Shown: positions 1 through 10,268, counted from the stretch's first letter. The stretch is DNA of 34,874 nucleotides from an uncultured Isosphaeraceae bacterium (GCA_964477675.1 CAYZEX010000002.1:1-34874), one strand, 5' to 3'. The notes: generated by a model from the letters alone, not told the origin. Program-made: numbers and translations.

Positions 1-187
1 TAACAGACTCAACTTCACCAGCTGATTCGTTCATTAAGAGCGATGTTCCAACGGGCTGCATTTCTACGTAAGTGATATCTGTGAGTTCATTTGCAGCAAA
101 CTGGGTAATACCAAGAGTAACGGTATCTCCTTCAATATTACACCATTCGTGCGAATCAGAAAAACGGTATCCAGATGGGCTAGGCAT
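1..187 (-). CDS. gcvH: Glycine cleavage system H protein, N-terminal part (gene runs off the left edge)
   Basis: My own reverse-complement translation from ATG at 187-185 gives MPSPSGYRFSDSHEWCNIEGDTVTLGITQFAANELTDITYVEMQPVGTSLLMNESAGEVESV. It has the GcvH pattern (HEW, GIT.FA, V(E/D)LP-like, and G.VESV just before the lipoyl-Lys, which lies beyond the window). AAGGAG sits 9 nt upstream of the ATG. It is absent from the ORF track because it is truncated. Confidence 0.9.
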   Translation of the reverse strand, partial: MPSPSGYRFSDSHEWCNIEGDTVTLGITQFAANELTDITYVEMQPVGTSLLMNESAGEVESV

Positions 188-196
188 GTATCAAGT

Positions 197-202
197 CTCC
201 TT
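197..202 (-). promoter_or_regulatory. Shine-Dalgarno (AAGGAG) for gcvH
   Basis: CTCCTT on the plus strand is AAGGAG on the minus strand, 9 nt upstream of the gcvH ATG. Confidence 0.6.
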
Positions 203-284
203 ATTGTTAGCTTTAGGTTGGTATAGTACCTACTTATACAACTTTGCAAATCCCAGAAAGGCAATCTTGTTTGAAACTTTTTCT

Positions 285-1052
285 ATGACTTTATTACTAA
301 CCCTAGCAATCCAATCCTTGAACTCATTGATAGAAGGTGGTGAGTTAAACATTTTGGACGTACCAAATCTAGCTTCTGAGAAATTCGATATGAGTGGAGT
401 GATGATTGATGCAAAACATCTATCGGGCTGGACTATGGAATCGTACGACACCTTCCGAAACAACGCCGACAAGAATAATTCCCCATGTCTACTCATACGA
501 GATAATTACCTTATGGACCTTCTTGATAATGATGAAGAATCATTAGAGCGTATTGCACGATTGTCTGTTGCTGCTAATCGACTTGGTTGTAATGCTATTG
601 CAATCACGCCAACATTTCCAGAGGACGCACAATCGGTTGATTCGATTGTAGAAAAATTAAGATATGCAATGCAAGGTGTTGAACGTCTCGAACTGAATTT
701 GTTGTTGCAACCTTGTGAAGGGCAATCGAGTGACCCAGAGCAGCACATTGAAATAATAAAACAGATTGGGGGTTTTAGAATTGGCGCTTTGCCGACATTT
801 GATGCTGCAAGCGCTACTGGGGATGGTATTGAAGCGCTTCGAAAACTTGCTCCTTATTCTGGAGGTATCGTTGCAGATTTTCCTAATGGGAGGGGAAAGA
901 ATAAAATTGATCCTGTTGAAGGTCTCAAAGCTGTTATAGAGGTAGGGTATTCAAATACAATTGCTCTTAACTATTGTGGCAAAGGCAATTCGATGAAAGA
1001 AATCAAGAAAGTTGCTAAACAAATGCAGTCGTATCTTAAAGGGAATAAATGA
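285..1052 (+). CDS. Xylose-isomerase-like TIM-barrel family protein (sugar phosphate isomerase/epimerase-like, apparently degenerate); function unknown
   Basis: In-frame ATG at 285 of track ORF 72..1052. The GTG-72 extension overlaps gcvH on the opposite strand and is unlikely to be real. The layout (RLSVAANRLGCNAIAITP, VERLELNLLLQP, FRIGALPTFD, LAPYSGGIVADF) resembles the beta-strand/helix pattern of AP-endonuclease-2/xylose-isomerase-like TIM barrels. Its stop overlaps the cmk start (ATGA). The start codon is uncertain. Confidence 0.45.
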   Translation: MTLLLTLAIQSLNSLIEGGELNILDVPNLASEKFDMSGVMIDAKHLSGWTMESYDTFRNNADKNNSPCLLIRDNYLMDLLDNDEESLERIARLSVAANRLGCNAIAITPTFPEDAQSVDSIVEKLRYAMQGVERLELNLLLQPCEGQSSDPEQHIEIIKQIGGFRIGALPTFDAASATGDGIEALRKLAPYSGGIVADFPNGRGKNKIDPVEGLKAVIEVGYSNTIALNYCGKGNSMKEIKKVAKQMQSYLKGNK

Positions 1053-1741
1053 CAATGGGTCATCCACATCGATTTGTAGTTACTATCGATGGGGCTGCTG
1101 GAACAGGAAAGTCCACAGTTGCTCAGGAACTCGCAAGGCGTTTGGGAACAGCATGCCTTGACACTGGTGCAATGTACAGAGCGGTGGCATTGCTCTGTGT
1201 AGAACAAAAAATTGAACCAACTGATGGCAAGGCATTGGCTTTAGAAATTCAGAGGATTGGCTTGCAGTTTGATTGGGAACAAGAACCACCCGCGCTACTT
1301 ATGGGCGGAGAAGATATTTCTAGACGAATTCGCGAACTTGATATTTGCGGGGTAGTTTCCATTGTTGCAAAACAACCTGAAGTAAGAGAAGTACTTGTCC
1401 AGCAACAACGGTTAATCGGTAACGCTCATCCATTGCTTGTTACAGAGGGGAGAGATCAAGGATCTGTAGTTTTTCCTGACGCTGCAATACGTTTTTTCTT
1501 AACGGCTGCTGTTGATGAACGAACAAAACGAAGAGTGAAACAACTTCGAGATGCGGGTACATCCGTTGACGACTCAGTTGTACAGCAAGATATTGAGTCT
1601 CGTGATCAAATAGACTCAACTAGAACAGATGGTCCTTTGACCTGTCCTGATGGAGCAATTATTATTGATACTTCTTCAATGTCTAAGACAGAGGTTGTGG
1701 ATGCAATGGAGTCAGAAGTAAATATGTTTTTGAGAAGATAA
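1049..1741 (+). CDS. cmk: Cytidylate kinase
   Basis: Has P-loop VTIDGAAGTGKSTVAQELARRLG followed by LDTGAMYRAVAL, then the RDQGSVVFPDA and DSTR motifs typical of Cmk. Confidence 0.9.
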   Translation: MTMGHPHRFVVTIDGAAGTGKSTVAQELARRLGTACLDTGAMYRAVALLCVEQKIEPTDGKALALEIQRIGLQFDWEQEPPALLMGGEDISRRIRELDICGVVSIVAKQPEVREVLVQQQRLIGNAHPLLVTEGRDQGSVVFPDAAIRFFLTAAVDERTKRRVKQLRDAGTSVDDSVVQQDIESRDQIDSTRTDGPLTCPDGAIIIDTSSMSKTEVVDAMESEVNMFLRR

Positions 1742-2427
1742 TGCTGTCGTTTTTTCAATCAAAACGACGAGCCCCTAATCTAAGTGCTTTGCATGTTATC
1801 TTTTGGTGGGGAGTTGTTATTTGGTTGATACGTGCACTCTTATGTATTTTTTACCGATGCAGGTGCCATAATCGAAAAAAAGTGCCAAGAACGGGACCAA
1901 TCCTATTCGTTGCAAACCATCAATCGAATTTTGATCCTGCTATTGTTGGAATTTTAGTCAACGATCGTCCATTCCATGGGATTGCGAGAGATACACTTTT
2001 TGATTCGAAGTTTCTGTCCGCATTTATGAATGGGTTTGGAGTTATTTCGATTAAACGAGGGGAAAGCGATATGGTGGCAATTCGAAAGGCAATGACGGAA
2101 TTATCTGCAGGTCGTTGCATCTTGATGTTTCCAGAAGGAACAAGAACTCTCGATGGAGAGGTGGGTCAATTTCAGCGAGGTTTTTGGTTATTGATGAAGA
2201 AAAGCAAAGCTGTAGTAATGCCCGTTGGTTTTGATGGCGCGTTTGATGCTTACCCCACTGGGTCAAAACCAAAACTACGAGGATATATTGAAGTTTCTGC
2301 AGGAGATCCAATTGAAGCAGATGTATTGTTGGAAATGGGTGAAGAGGATGGTACAAATTATGTGCGGGATCAGATTACGTCACTTATGCTGGAATGTCGC
2401 GAAAATATTAAGCAGCGTTCAAAATAG
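1741..2427 (+). CDS. plsC: 1-acyl-sn-glycerol-3-phosphate acyltransferase
   Basis: Has the HX4D motif (ANHQSNFDP), the FPEGTRT motif and an N-terminal TM helix. The ATG shares a base with the cmk TAA (TAATG). Confidence 0.85.
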   Translation: MLSFFQSKRRAPNLSALHVIFWWGVVIWLIRALLCIFYRCRCHNRKKVPRTGPILFVANHQSNFDPAIVGILVNDRPFHGIARDTLFDSKFLSAFMNGFGVISIKRGESDMVAIRKAMTELSAGRCILMFPEGTRTLDGEVGQFQRGFWLLMKKSKAVVMPVGFDGAFDAYPTGSKPKLRGYIEVSAGDPIEADVLLEMGEEDGTNYVRDQITSLMLECRENIKQRSK

Positions 2428-3204
2428 AATTGGAATCGAACTAGTAAATAATTTATATGAGGAAAGAATCACTAGGATTGCAAATATGACTCGAATGGCT
2501 TTGCTTGGTACTACGGTTGTAAGTTTTGCTCCAATCCAACCACCGATTAAAGCGCCGGGGATGATTTGGGCAGCCTTGGTCAAAGCTGCTAGTCCACTCT
2601 CATCTGCATTTTGAAGGGAAAGATCTTTTACCGTCGCCCCAACAATTGCTGTTATGAACATAATTGCAGATGAAGTTCCAATTGCGCGTTTAATTGGAAG
2701 TTTGCAAAGACGGTTTAGTAACGGTACTTGAATTAAACCGCCACCGATACCTAGAAGTCCGGCCATTGTTCCCGTAATTCCACCCGTCACCCCAAATTGA
2801 AACATGGATGGTTTTGAAGCATCAGGTTTGTTTTTTGCCTTGCCAATGATGCATGCAATTTGGTCATATAGAACCCAAAGTAAAAAAGTAGCGAACGAAA
2901 ATTCTAACCATGCCCCTTTCATTGCATTGCTGAACCAAGCTGCAATGACGATGAAGATGAGTGATAGTGGTAAGACCCGCCAGACTACATGCCAAGCTAC
3001 ATTTTTGTTCTTATGGTGTTTGCTTGCAGAAGAGATTGCAACTGCAGGATTTACTGTCATTGCAATTGCCTGTGAAAGATGAATGCTCATATTTGGAATA
3101 AAAAAAAGGAGAGCCGGAATCATGATGACTGATCCGCCAATTCCGAGCATCCCCCCTAATGTGCCGGCAACGAGACCAAGGCAAAGTAACATCATAAAAT
3201 CCAT
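2419..3204 (-). CDS. TauE/SafE (TSUP) family anion permease
   Basis: A 261-aa polytopic membrane protein with two internally repeated halves, each carrying a G-rich helix (GTLGGMLGIGGSVIMIP and GTMAGLLGIGGGLIQVPLL), which is characteristic of TSUP/TauE proteins. Confidence 0.8.
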   Translation of the reverse strand: MDFMMLLCLGLVAGTLGGMLGIGGSVIMIPALLFFIPNMSIHLSQAIAMTVNPAVAISSASKHHKNKNVAWHVVWRVLPLSLIFIVIAAWFSNAMKGAWLEFSFATFLLWVLYDQIACIIGKAKNKPDASKPSMFQFGVTGGITGTMAGLLGIGGGLIQVPLLNRLCKLPIKRAIGTSSAIMFITAIVGATVKDLSLQNADESGLAALTKAAQIIPGALIGGWIGAKLTTVVPSKAIRVIFAILVILSSYKLFTSSIPILF

Positions 3205-3317
3205 TGTGCATATCGTACTCGATGCTAAGGAATATGAGGGTCAGTTCATGTTTAGAAGACAACCTTCACAGAGTGTCGAAGAAGACCTGAGCTCGTCTAC
3301 ATTGTTATGATGTTCGG

Positions 3318-4958
3318 ATGGAGTTTTGGCACATTGTTGGGGATATAACAGTTTTGCTAAGTGCTGCTGTTTTACTAGGCATACTTGCCGAGAGGTTTGG
3401 TTTCAGCGGTATCGTTGGGTATCTTATTGCTGGCACAATTGTTGGCCCCTCGTTGCTAGGCGTGATTTCATCTGATGAAGGAGCAATAGTATCCATAGCG
3501 GAGATAGGGGTGTCTCTTTTACTTTTCACAATCGGTTTAGAAGTGAACGGAACACGATTGAAACAACTATTTGGTAGAAATATGCCAATTGGTGTGCTCC
3601 AAGTTATTGTTACAGGTGGATTAGGGTACGCCGTAGCAACTTGGTTTGGAGTTTCGACTCAATCGTCCATTATTGTTGGGGCAATGGTAGCACTTAGTTC
3701 AACCGCTGTCGTTTCTCGCGTTTTACAAGACAGAAGTGAACTAGATGCAGTACACGGTCGCCTAACTTTTGGAGTGCTGCTTGTTCAGGATCTTGCGATT
3801 GTTCCGGTGATGCTTCTTGTAGCGTTCCTTCAAGAATCTCCTGAAGAAACAGAAATAGTTGCACAAGTAGGTGTTGCAAGCGCGAAATTTATCGCATTGT
3901 TTTTGGTTATATTTTTACTTGGTCTTTTAGTTGTTCCAAGATTTTTTGGAGCAGCACTTATTCGACGCTCGTCAGAATTTCCAGTTATTCTTGGGATTGT
4001 CACCGCGCTAGCATCAATGTGGCTAGCTGAAGAACTCAATGTTTCTCCACCACTTGGTGCCTTTGTAGCAGGATTGATACTTGCTGGAACACCTTTTGCA
4101 ACACAAATCCGTGGTGATATGGCGCCCTTACGTCATATCTTTTTAACATTATTTTTTGCTTGTATTGGAATGCTTGCGGATTTGCCTTGGCTGATCGAAT
4201 CGAAGCATTGGATTTGGACGTTAGGTACTGTCGCGGGCATAGTTATTGGAAAGTCAACAATCGTTTGGATTATTGCAATGGTATGGAAACAACCTCGACG
4301 AGTTTCTATTGCAACAGGGTTATGTTTGGCACAGATTGGAGAATTCAGTTTTGTAGTTGGAGCAGAGGCATTGGAGTCTGGGTTACTAAGCAATGATTTG
4401 TTTCAATTGATGATGAGTTCATCACTAATCACATTGTTAATATCACCATTTTTAATTGGTAAGTCACGCCAGATTGCGAAGGTAGTAGACGATGCGCTTG
4501 GTGGGTATGGACCTGTTGAATCTTGTGATGAAATTAAATCTCTAAGTAATCATGTAGTGGTGATTGGATATGGGGTTGCTGGTCGAAAGGTTGTAGCTGA
4601 ATTGATTGAAGCAGGACAGAAAGTTCTTGTTATTGAGATGGGGCCAATTGGGGTAAACGACGCAAGAAATGCTGGGGCGCTTTCTTTGCTTGGAAATGCT
4701 CAACGTAGAGAAATACTTGAGCACGCTGGAGTACGAACAGCTAAATTATTAGTTTCTACATTACCTGATCATCGAGCATCAGCACAATCTATTCAACAAA
4801 TCAGGGCGATTGCTCCCTCAATCAACATCATTGCAAGGGCAAGATATTCGATTCATGCTGCGACCCTTGAGCATGCTGGCGCAGATTTAGTTATTGATGA
4901 GGAAGAATGCGTAGGACAATCGATTACAAGAGAAACACTGCATTCGATAGGTTTATAG
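3318..4958 (+). CDS. Monovalent cation:proton antiporter-2 (Kef/YbaL type) with C-terminal RCK/TrkA-N domain
   Basis: About 390 aa of multi-TM Na+/H+-exchanger-like region, followed by a Rossmann segment (HVVVIGYGVAGRKVVAELIEAGQKVLVIE). Confidence 0.85.
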   Translation: MEFWHIVGDITVLLSAAVLLGILAERFGFSGIVGYLIAGTIVGPSLLGVISSDEGAIVSIAEIGVSLLLFTIGLEVNGTRLKQLFGRNMPIGVLQVIVTGGLGYAVATWFGVSTQSSIIVGAMVALSSTAVVSRVLQDRSELDAVHGRLTFGVLLVQDLAIVPVMLLVAFLQESPEETEIVAQVGVASAKFIALFLVIFLLGLLVVPRFFGAALIRRSSEFPVILGIVTALASMWLAEELNVSPPLGAFVAGLILAGTPFATQIRGDMAPLRHIFLTLFFACIGMLADLPWLIESKHWIWTLGTVAGIVIGKSTIVWIIAMVWKQPRRVSIATGLCLAQIGEFSFVVGAEALESGLLSNDLFQLMMSSSLITLLISPFLIGKSRQIAKVVDDALGGYGPVESCDEIKSLSNHVVVIGYGVAGRKVVAELIEAGQKVLVIEMGPIGVNDARNAGALSLLGNAQRREILEHAGVRTAKLLVSTLPDHRASAQSIQQIRAIAPSINIIARARYSIHAATLEHAGADLVIDEEECVGQSITRETLHSIGL

Positions 4959-7949
4959 TCCTGGGGCAAACCCTCGTCGCATGGTGTTTTCACATATTGC
5001 ACGGGGTTCAACGAATTGCAATAGATAATCACAACCACCAGCCTTAGAGCCAACACCAGACATGCCAAATCCACCGAACGGTTGCCTTCCTACAAGTGCA
5101 CCCGTTGAGCCGCGATTCAGATAGAGGTTTCCAACACGAAACTCTCTTCTGGCTTTTTCAAGGTTTGAAGGTTTACGGCTGTATACAGCACCTGTCAATT
5201 TATATTCAGTGGAGTTTGCAACTTCGAGAGCTTCATCGAAATCCTTTACTCGAATAACCGCAAGAACTGGTCCAAATATTTCTTCTTGAGCAATAACGTG
5301 GTCTTTTGTAATGCCAGAAAAAATATGTGGAGCGATGTAATCTCGACCGGTTTTCTCTTCAAGCCCCTCGGGGATAGGTTGGGCAAGTTCTAATTTGCCT
5401 TCTGTTTTTCCGATTTCAATATAGCGATTAATGTCTGCTGCTGCTTTTGCATCAATGACGGGTCCAATATCAGTGCTTGGATTCATGACATCGCCAATGA
5501 CAAGTGTTCTGGTGGATTCGATGAGTCTTTCCAAGAATAAATCGTGAGCTGAATCGACAACAATCGCGCGGCTACACGCAGAGCATTTTTGACCTTGGTA
5601 TCCAAATGCACTTTGCCTTACACCGAGAACTGCTTCATCAAGATCTGCAGAAGCGTCAATGATGATAGCATTTTTTCCACCCATCTCACAGACGACCTTC
5701 TTTACAAAAGGTTGATTAGGTGGCACATGCCCAGCAGCTTCAAGAATATCTAATCCTACCCCTTTGGAACCAGTAAACGCAATGATTGCAACGCGAGGAT
5801 CGCGAACCATCGCTGAACCGATAATTGAACCGGGACCAGCAACAAATTGAAGAACATCTTTTGGTGCACCAGCCTCCCAAAGTATTTCACAAATAAGTTT
5901 GGCAATTCCCGTGGTTTGCCCAGCAGGTTTAACAAGTACGCTGTTTCCGGTTACCAGTGCAGCGACGGTCATGCCGCAACAAATTGCACTAGGGAAATTC
6001 CAAGGGCTGATAACAGCACATACACCTCGTGGTTGATAGAACTGCTGGTCGAGTTCCCCGATGAATTCACCTAATCTTTCGTACGAATAAAGTTGTGGAG
6101 ACATTCTTGCGTAGTAATCACAAAAATCAATCGCTTCGCATACTTCTCCGTCGGCTTCTCGCCAAGTCTTTCCAGCTTCTTGCATGACAACTCCGCAAAG
6201 TTCATCACGCCTCGTACGCATTAAATCTGCGGCTTTTACAAGAACGTTCGAACGAACGAGTGGGTCTTCGTCCCGCCATGAAGGAAATGCGTCATGTGCT
6301 CTTGCAATTACATTTTCGGCATCTTCCTTTGTTGAGAGTAACGTAACATTTGGTACTTTAGATGCAGCAATAGAAGTCGCAAAATTCACCCGTTCTTTTG
6401 CAACGGAGAAGTCTCGGTAAGATTCTGTGAAAAATGGTCGTCCATCACCTACACCCTTCACAGCACAAGATAGATGATGCCGTTCAGGTGCCTCTTTGAT
6501 GCGTAGGATTCCAGGGTCGATATCGGTATGTTGCACGTGTGGTGATGCAAGTAATATCGAGGAATCTGCGTCGTCAACAAAACTGCTTCGCAACCAAGAT
6601 TCATTAGAAGTATTTTCCAATAGTCGCCTAACGAGATATGCCATGCCCGGAATCATTTCACCAACTGGTACATATTCTCTGAGTCGAAGTCCTTCTTTAA
6701 GAACCCCAGATTTGAGTTGGTCAGCCATGCCCCGAAGCATTTGTAATTCTAATGCAGCGGTTGGGAGATCTCTTTTCTCAAGAAGAGCAAGAGCGGTTGC
6801 AATGGAACGAATATTATGTGAACCAAGCGCTAGTTTGATACCGCCTTCATCAGGTGTGGTGGGAGTTGATTCAATGAATAATGCTGCCATACGTTCAAAG
6901 CATGCATCTGTGTCAACTTTCCTACTCCAAACAGGAACTGCCCAGCCCATTTCTTCGGCATGGATTGTTTCGTAATCCCAATACGCGCCCTTAACTAATC
7001 GAACAGTAACTTGACGATTAGTGCGTTTTGACCATTCAATAATTCTTTTTGCGTCTTCATCACCACTACGAAGGTACGCTTGCATAGCAAGACCTGCAGT
7101 AAAATCAATTTCGTCGCAACATTTCATAAACAAATCGAGTGTTAAATCTTTATACTCGAATTGTTCCATATCAAAGTTAATAAGTGTTCCATTGTTTTGG
7201 GCTTCTTCAAGAATTGGGCGAAGTGCCTCAAATAAACTTTCAACCGATAATTCATGTGCAATAGGATCAGTGTTTGCAAACAGAGAACTAATTTTGATTG
7301 AAATGTTGGTTCTGGGAATTTGCCCTACATGGTCATTCTCTAGAACAGGGGTAGATTCCCATGAAGAAACTTTCTCAGGTAGATTCGTAAGTAAATCCAA
7401 ATAACGTTGACGATACTCTTCTGCTTCAACGTTGCTCACACAAGCTTCTCCAAGAAGGTCAACAGAAAAAGCGACACCCTCCTTCCAAATATTCTCAAGT
7501 TCTGGAAGAGCAGAAGCCGCATCGGTACCCGCTATGAATCGTTTTGCCATTTTTGTAATTTGGCTGGTAACTGTTTTCGTCATTGTGCCCTGAGCTAGCC
7601 CACCCGCTTTGAGCCCAAGACCTAAACCGGGAGGAAGTTTCACTCCAGGTTGTGTTAGGTAATCAACAAGGTGTTCATGCACTTGTTCTGGTGTAACGAG
7701 TGTAGGGAAAGTATCGACGAAACGGAAGAGTTGAATCTTAAAATCTTCGTCTTCCATAGACCAGTCCATAAGTTTGTCAGACCAAAAAGCGGTCGAGAGC
7801 CATGATTGTTTTTGTGAACGAGCGTGGTTGAGCAACCGTGAACCGATTGCATGAATTCGTTGCTCAGTCGCTGCATCAAAGACGCTGTGTGTATTTGCTT
7901 CTGAGGGAAGGGGTACAGTGGTTGTCGTTTTTCGTTTGAAGAATGCCAT
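4953..7949 (-). CDS. putA: Bifunctional proline dehydrogenase / L-glutamate gamma-semialdehyde (P5C) dehydrogenase
   Basis: 998 aa. The N-terminal half is a proline dehydrogenase barrel (VKGAYWDYE, YVPVGEMIPGMAYLVRRLLENTSN). The C-terminal half is an aldehyde dehydrogenase (EMGGKNAIIID, FGYQGQKCSACSR with catalytic Cys, EEIFGPV). No N-terminal ribbon-helix-helix domain is evident. Confidence 0.9.
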   Translation of the reverse strand: MAFFKRKTTTTVPLPSEANTHSVFDAATEQRIHAIGSRLLNHARSQKQSWLSTAFWSDKLMDWSMEDEDFKIQLFRFVDTFPTLVTPEQVHEHLVDYLTQPGVKLPPGLGLGLKAGGLAQGTMTKTVTSQITKMAKRFIAGTDAASALPELENIWKEGVAFSVDLLGEACVSNVEAEEYRQRYLDLLTNLPEKVSSWESTPVLENDHVGQIPRTNISIKISSLFANTDPIAHELSVESLFEALRPILEEAQNNGTLINFDMEQFEYKDLTLDLFMKCCDEIDFTAGLAMQAYLRSGDEDAKRIIEWSKRTNRQVTVRLVKGAYWDYETIHAEEMGWAVPVWSRKVDTDACFERMAALFIESTPTTPDEGGIKLALGSHNIRSIATALALLEKRDLPTAALELQMLRGMADQLKSGVLKEGLRLREYVPVGEMIPGMAYLVRRLLENTSNESWLRSSFVDDADSSILLASPHVQHTDIDPGILRIKEAPERHHLSCAVKGVGDGRPFFTESYRDFSVAKERVNFATSIAASKVPNVTLLSTKEDAENVIARAHDAFPSWRDEDPLVRSNVLVKAADLMRTRRDELCGVVMQEAGKTWREADGEVCEAIDFCDYYARMSPQLYSYERLGEFIGELDQQFYQPRGVCAVISPWNFPSAICCGMTVAALVTGNSVLVKPAGQTTGIAKLICEILWEAGAPKDVLQFVAGPGSIIGSAMVRDPRVAIIAFTGSKGVGLDILEAAGHVPPNQPFVKKVVCEMGGKNAIIIDASADLDEAVLGVRQSAFGYQGQKCSACSRAIVVDSAHDLFLERLIESTRTLVIGDVMNPSTDIGPVIDAKAAADINRYIEIGKTEGKLELAQPIPEGLEEKTGRDYIAPHIFSGITKDHVIAQEEIFGPVLAVIRVKDFDEALEVANSTEYKLTGAVYSRKPSNLEKARREFRVGNLYLNRGSTGALVGRQPFGGFGMSGVGSKAGGCDYLLQFVEPRAICENTMRRGFAPGL

Positions 7950-7984
7950 AGGTTGTGCATTCTATCGAAGTAGTGCCCTTGCCG

Positions 7985-8866
7985 TTAGGTCCGAATGGCT
8001 CTTAAAAAACGGTCATCTCCGAATCTATCTCTTAGGATTTTGGCTTCCTTGAACATAGCGTTTTCCTTTGCCAATTTGAGAACTTGATCCTTGGTACTGC
8101 TTGCGATTTCGATCAATAAAACACCATCGTTCACCAGATAGTTTGGCGCATCATCAATCAGAGGGCGTATCATGGATAATCCATCAGAACCACCCGAGAG
8201 GGATACTTTTGGCTCCCAATCGCAAACATTCCGATTGAGAGAGGTCATTTCATCGTCTGGGATGTAGGGGGGATTTGAGCAGATGATGTCAAAGGTTTTA
8301 AGAGAGGAAATTGGTTCAAGATTATCCCCGTGCACACATTCGATTTGGTTGTTTACCCCATGCGTAATTGCATTTTTCTTCGCAAGCTTAATCGCATCTT
8401 CTGAAATGTCTGTGGCAACTATTTCGCAATCCTTATAGTTTTTTGCGATAGTCACAGCGATGCAGCCTGTACCTGTTCCAATATCAGCGATACGAACTGG
8501 TGAGGAGGGAGAATCTTTGGCAAATTGTATTGCTTGCTCAACTATGGTTTCAGTACAAGTACGAGGAATAAGAGTTGAGGGATCAACTTCATATTCCATT
8601 CCGTTAAACCACGTGCTTCCGACGATGTACTGGACCGGTTCATGCTCTAGTGTTCGTTTTATGTAGGACCGCAGAGTCTCTCTCTCAGAATCCGTAGCAA
8701 CACGGTCGACTTTCGCATAAAGGTCGATTCGTTGACCACCGAATAGATGTGTTAATAGCATCTCTGAAATAAGACGTGGCGATTCAATCCCGTTCGATTC
8801 AAAATGTTCAGTCATCCACTCAAGAAGTTTTCTGGTGGTCCATGGCTCTGCGTTCGTTTGCGTCAC
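7985..8866 (-). CDS. prmC: Peptide chain release factor N5-glutamine methyltransferase
   Basis: Has the SAM motif ADIGTGTGCIA and the catalytic NPPY (IICSNPPYIP). Length is typical at 293 aa. The start is GTG at 8866, so it is somewhat uncertain. Confidence 0.85.
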   Translation of the reverse strand: MTQTNAEPWTTRKLLEWMTEHFESNGIESPRLISEMLLTHLFGGQRIDLYAKVDRVATDSERETLRSYIKRTLEHEPVQYIVGSTWFNGMEYEVDPSTLIPRTCTETIVEQAIQFAKDSPSSPVRIADIGTGTGCIAVTIAKNYKDCEIVATDISEDAIKLAKKNAITHGVNNQIECVHGDNLEPISSLKTFDIICSNPPYIPDDEMTSLNRNVCDWEPKVSLSGGSDGLSMIRPLIDDAPNYLVNDGVLLIEIASSTKDQVLKLAKENAMFKEAKILRDRFGDDRFLRAIRT

Positions 8867-8899
8867 ATGCTAATTGTAGAATGGATTTGGCAGAGACTA

Positions 8900-10189
8900 T
8901 TAACAACCAGCGGTTTTTCGACAGGCTTTTTGAACAATTTCAACTAACTGGTCAGTTCTAAACGGTTTAAACAAAACTGTATGCATGCCCTCTTGGCTTG
9001 CACGCATGATAGAGTGGTGCGGGTCGTATCCAAAGCCAGTCATGAGCACGACTGGTTGGCTAGGCCATTTTTCACTGGCTGAGCGGTAGATTTCATATCC
9101 ATTACAACCTGGCATCCGAATGTCAGAAATAATCAAATCAAATGGCTCATCAAGCCGTTTAGCTGTTTCCAAAACTTCTAACGTTTGCGTACCATCCTCA
9201 CAGACCGTGACAGTACATCCAAGTCGTTTGAGAACCACTTCTACTCCAAGTCGAACCTCTTCCTCATCATCAGCTACTAGGATATTTTTTCCCTTCATCT
9301 TTGCATCTGGTTTAATAAAGTTTGCTTTGTCTGCATCAATTATTGTTTGTGGACCTGCAGTACATGCTTCAAGTCTCTTATGTACCTCCTTTGTAATTTT
9401 ATGCAGCTTTTGTCCCAAGGTGTGGTCTGATGCTAGTAACTCATCAGCTAAGGTTTCAATTTGAGAAAGTGGTAGTGTGAGTTCATTCAAAATAGTTTTT
9501 GAAACTTGTTCATTTGTCGTGTACCGCTCTATGACTAGTAAATCTAGGGTGTGCATAGCGCTAGCAATATATCTTCCAAATATTTCTGCTAAGCGACGGT
9601 CGTTATCTGTAAACGCATCAAGGGCGTTTGACTCTGCGTTGAATACTCCGATGATACTATCATTGAGCCATAGTGGTACTGTCAAGGAGGAAGCAGCAGA
9701 GTCGAGACCGGTTTTATACAGCGGTTCTTTGGTGACATCTGGGCAGATATATGATTTGCCTGTCGCTGCAACATTACCACAAATCCCATTGTCACTTTCT
9801 TGGGCTTGGATGACTTCGCCAATTTTTAGAGGTGATAAATTTTCTGCAATAACTAGTTCTAAGTTTCCAGATCGTTGGTCTAGGAGTCTTATTTCAAAAT
9901 TATCCATATCAAGTAGCTCGTGTACATACCGAACAACTTTTTCTTCCATGAGTTGTAATCGCTGGGCAACGTTGAGAGATTTCACGGTGCTCGCATCAAC
10001 TTGAGTAAGTTCAATCCCAGCATCGCAGATGGAATTAATTTTTGCCTGCATTGCTCCTCCGCCTGTAAGAACATAATCATATTCACTATCGGATGCGACA
10101 ATTACAAAGTGTTTTGATAGCCCAGCTTCAACCTCTGGAGATAGTGAAGCGTCAAAGGAGATATGAAGGCGAGGGCGTTTATCTACCAT
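8900..10189 (-). CDS. GAF domain protein with C-terminal response-regulator receiver (REC) domain; no recognisable output domain
   Basis: The central region is GAF-like (GICGNVAATGKSYICPDV, SSLTVPLWLNDSIIGVFNAES). The C-terminal REC has the acidic pair (LVADDEEE), phospho-acceptor Asp (LIISDIRMPG), T (VVLMTGFG) and K (LFKPF). Confidence 0.75.
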   Translation of the reverse strand: MVDKRPRLHISFDASLSPEVEAGLSKHFVIVASDSEYDYVLTGGGAMQAKINSICDAGIELTQVDASTVKSLNVAQRLQLMEEKVVRYVHELLDMDNFEIRLLDQRSGNLELVIAENLSPLKIGEVIQAQESDNGICGNVAATGKSYICPDVTKEPLYKTGLDSAASSLTVPLWLNDSIIGVFNAESNALDAFTDNDRRLAEIFGRYIASAMHTLDLLVIERYTTNEQVSKTILNELTLPLSQIETLADELLASDHTLGQKLHKITKEVHKRLEACTAGPQTIIDADKANFIKPDAKMKGKNILVADDEEEVRLGVEVVLKRLGCTVTVCEDGTQTLEVLETAKRLDEPFDLIISDIRMPGCNGYEIYRSASEKWPSQPVVLMTGFGYDPHHSIMRASQEGMHTVLFKPFRTDQLVEIVQKACRKTAGC

Positions 10190-10268
10190 TATGATTCCTA
10201 TGCTTCAAGCGTACCCCCATTTCGACGTAAAGCAATCCCGTTTGCATCGGAGTAATGGCCTTTTTGCC

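Noticed and set aside
72-284. N-terminal extension of track ORF 72..1052 (GTG start)
   Set aside because: It overlaps the well-supported gcvH coding sequence (1-187) on the opposite strand, and its peptide is low-complexity and non-protein-like. The internal ATG at 285 is more plausible, though still uncertain.
188-284. Glycine riboswitch upstream of gcvH, and an FMN riboswitch upstream of ribD (16287-16367)
   Set aside because: The available spacers (about 98 and 81 nt) are too short. I see none of the conserved core segments of either aptamer.
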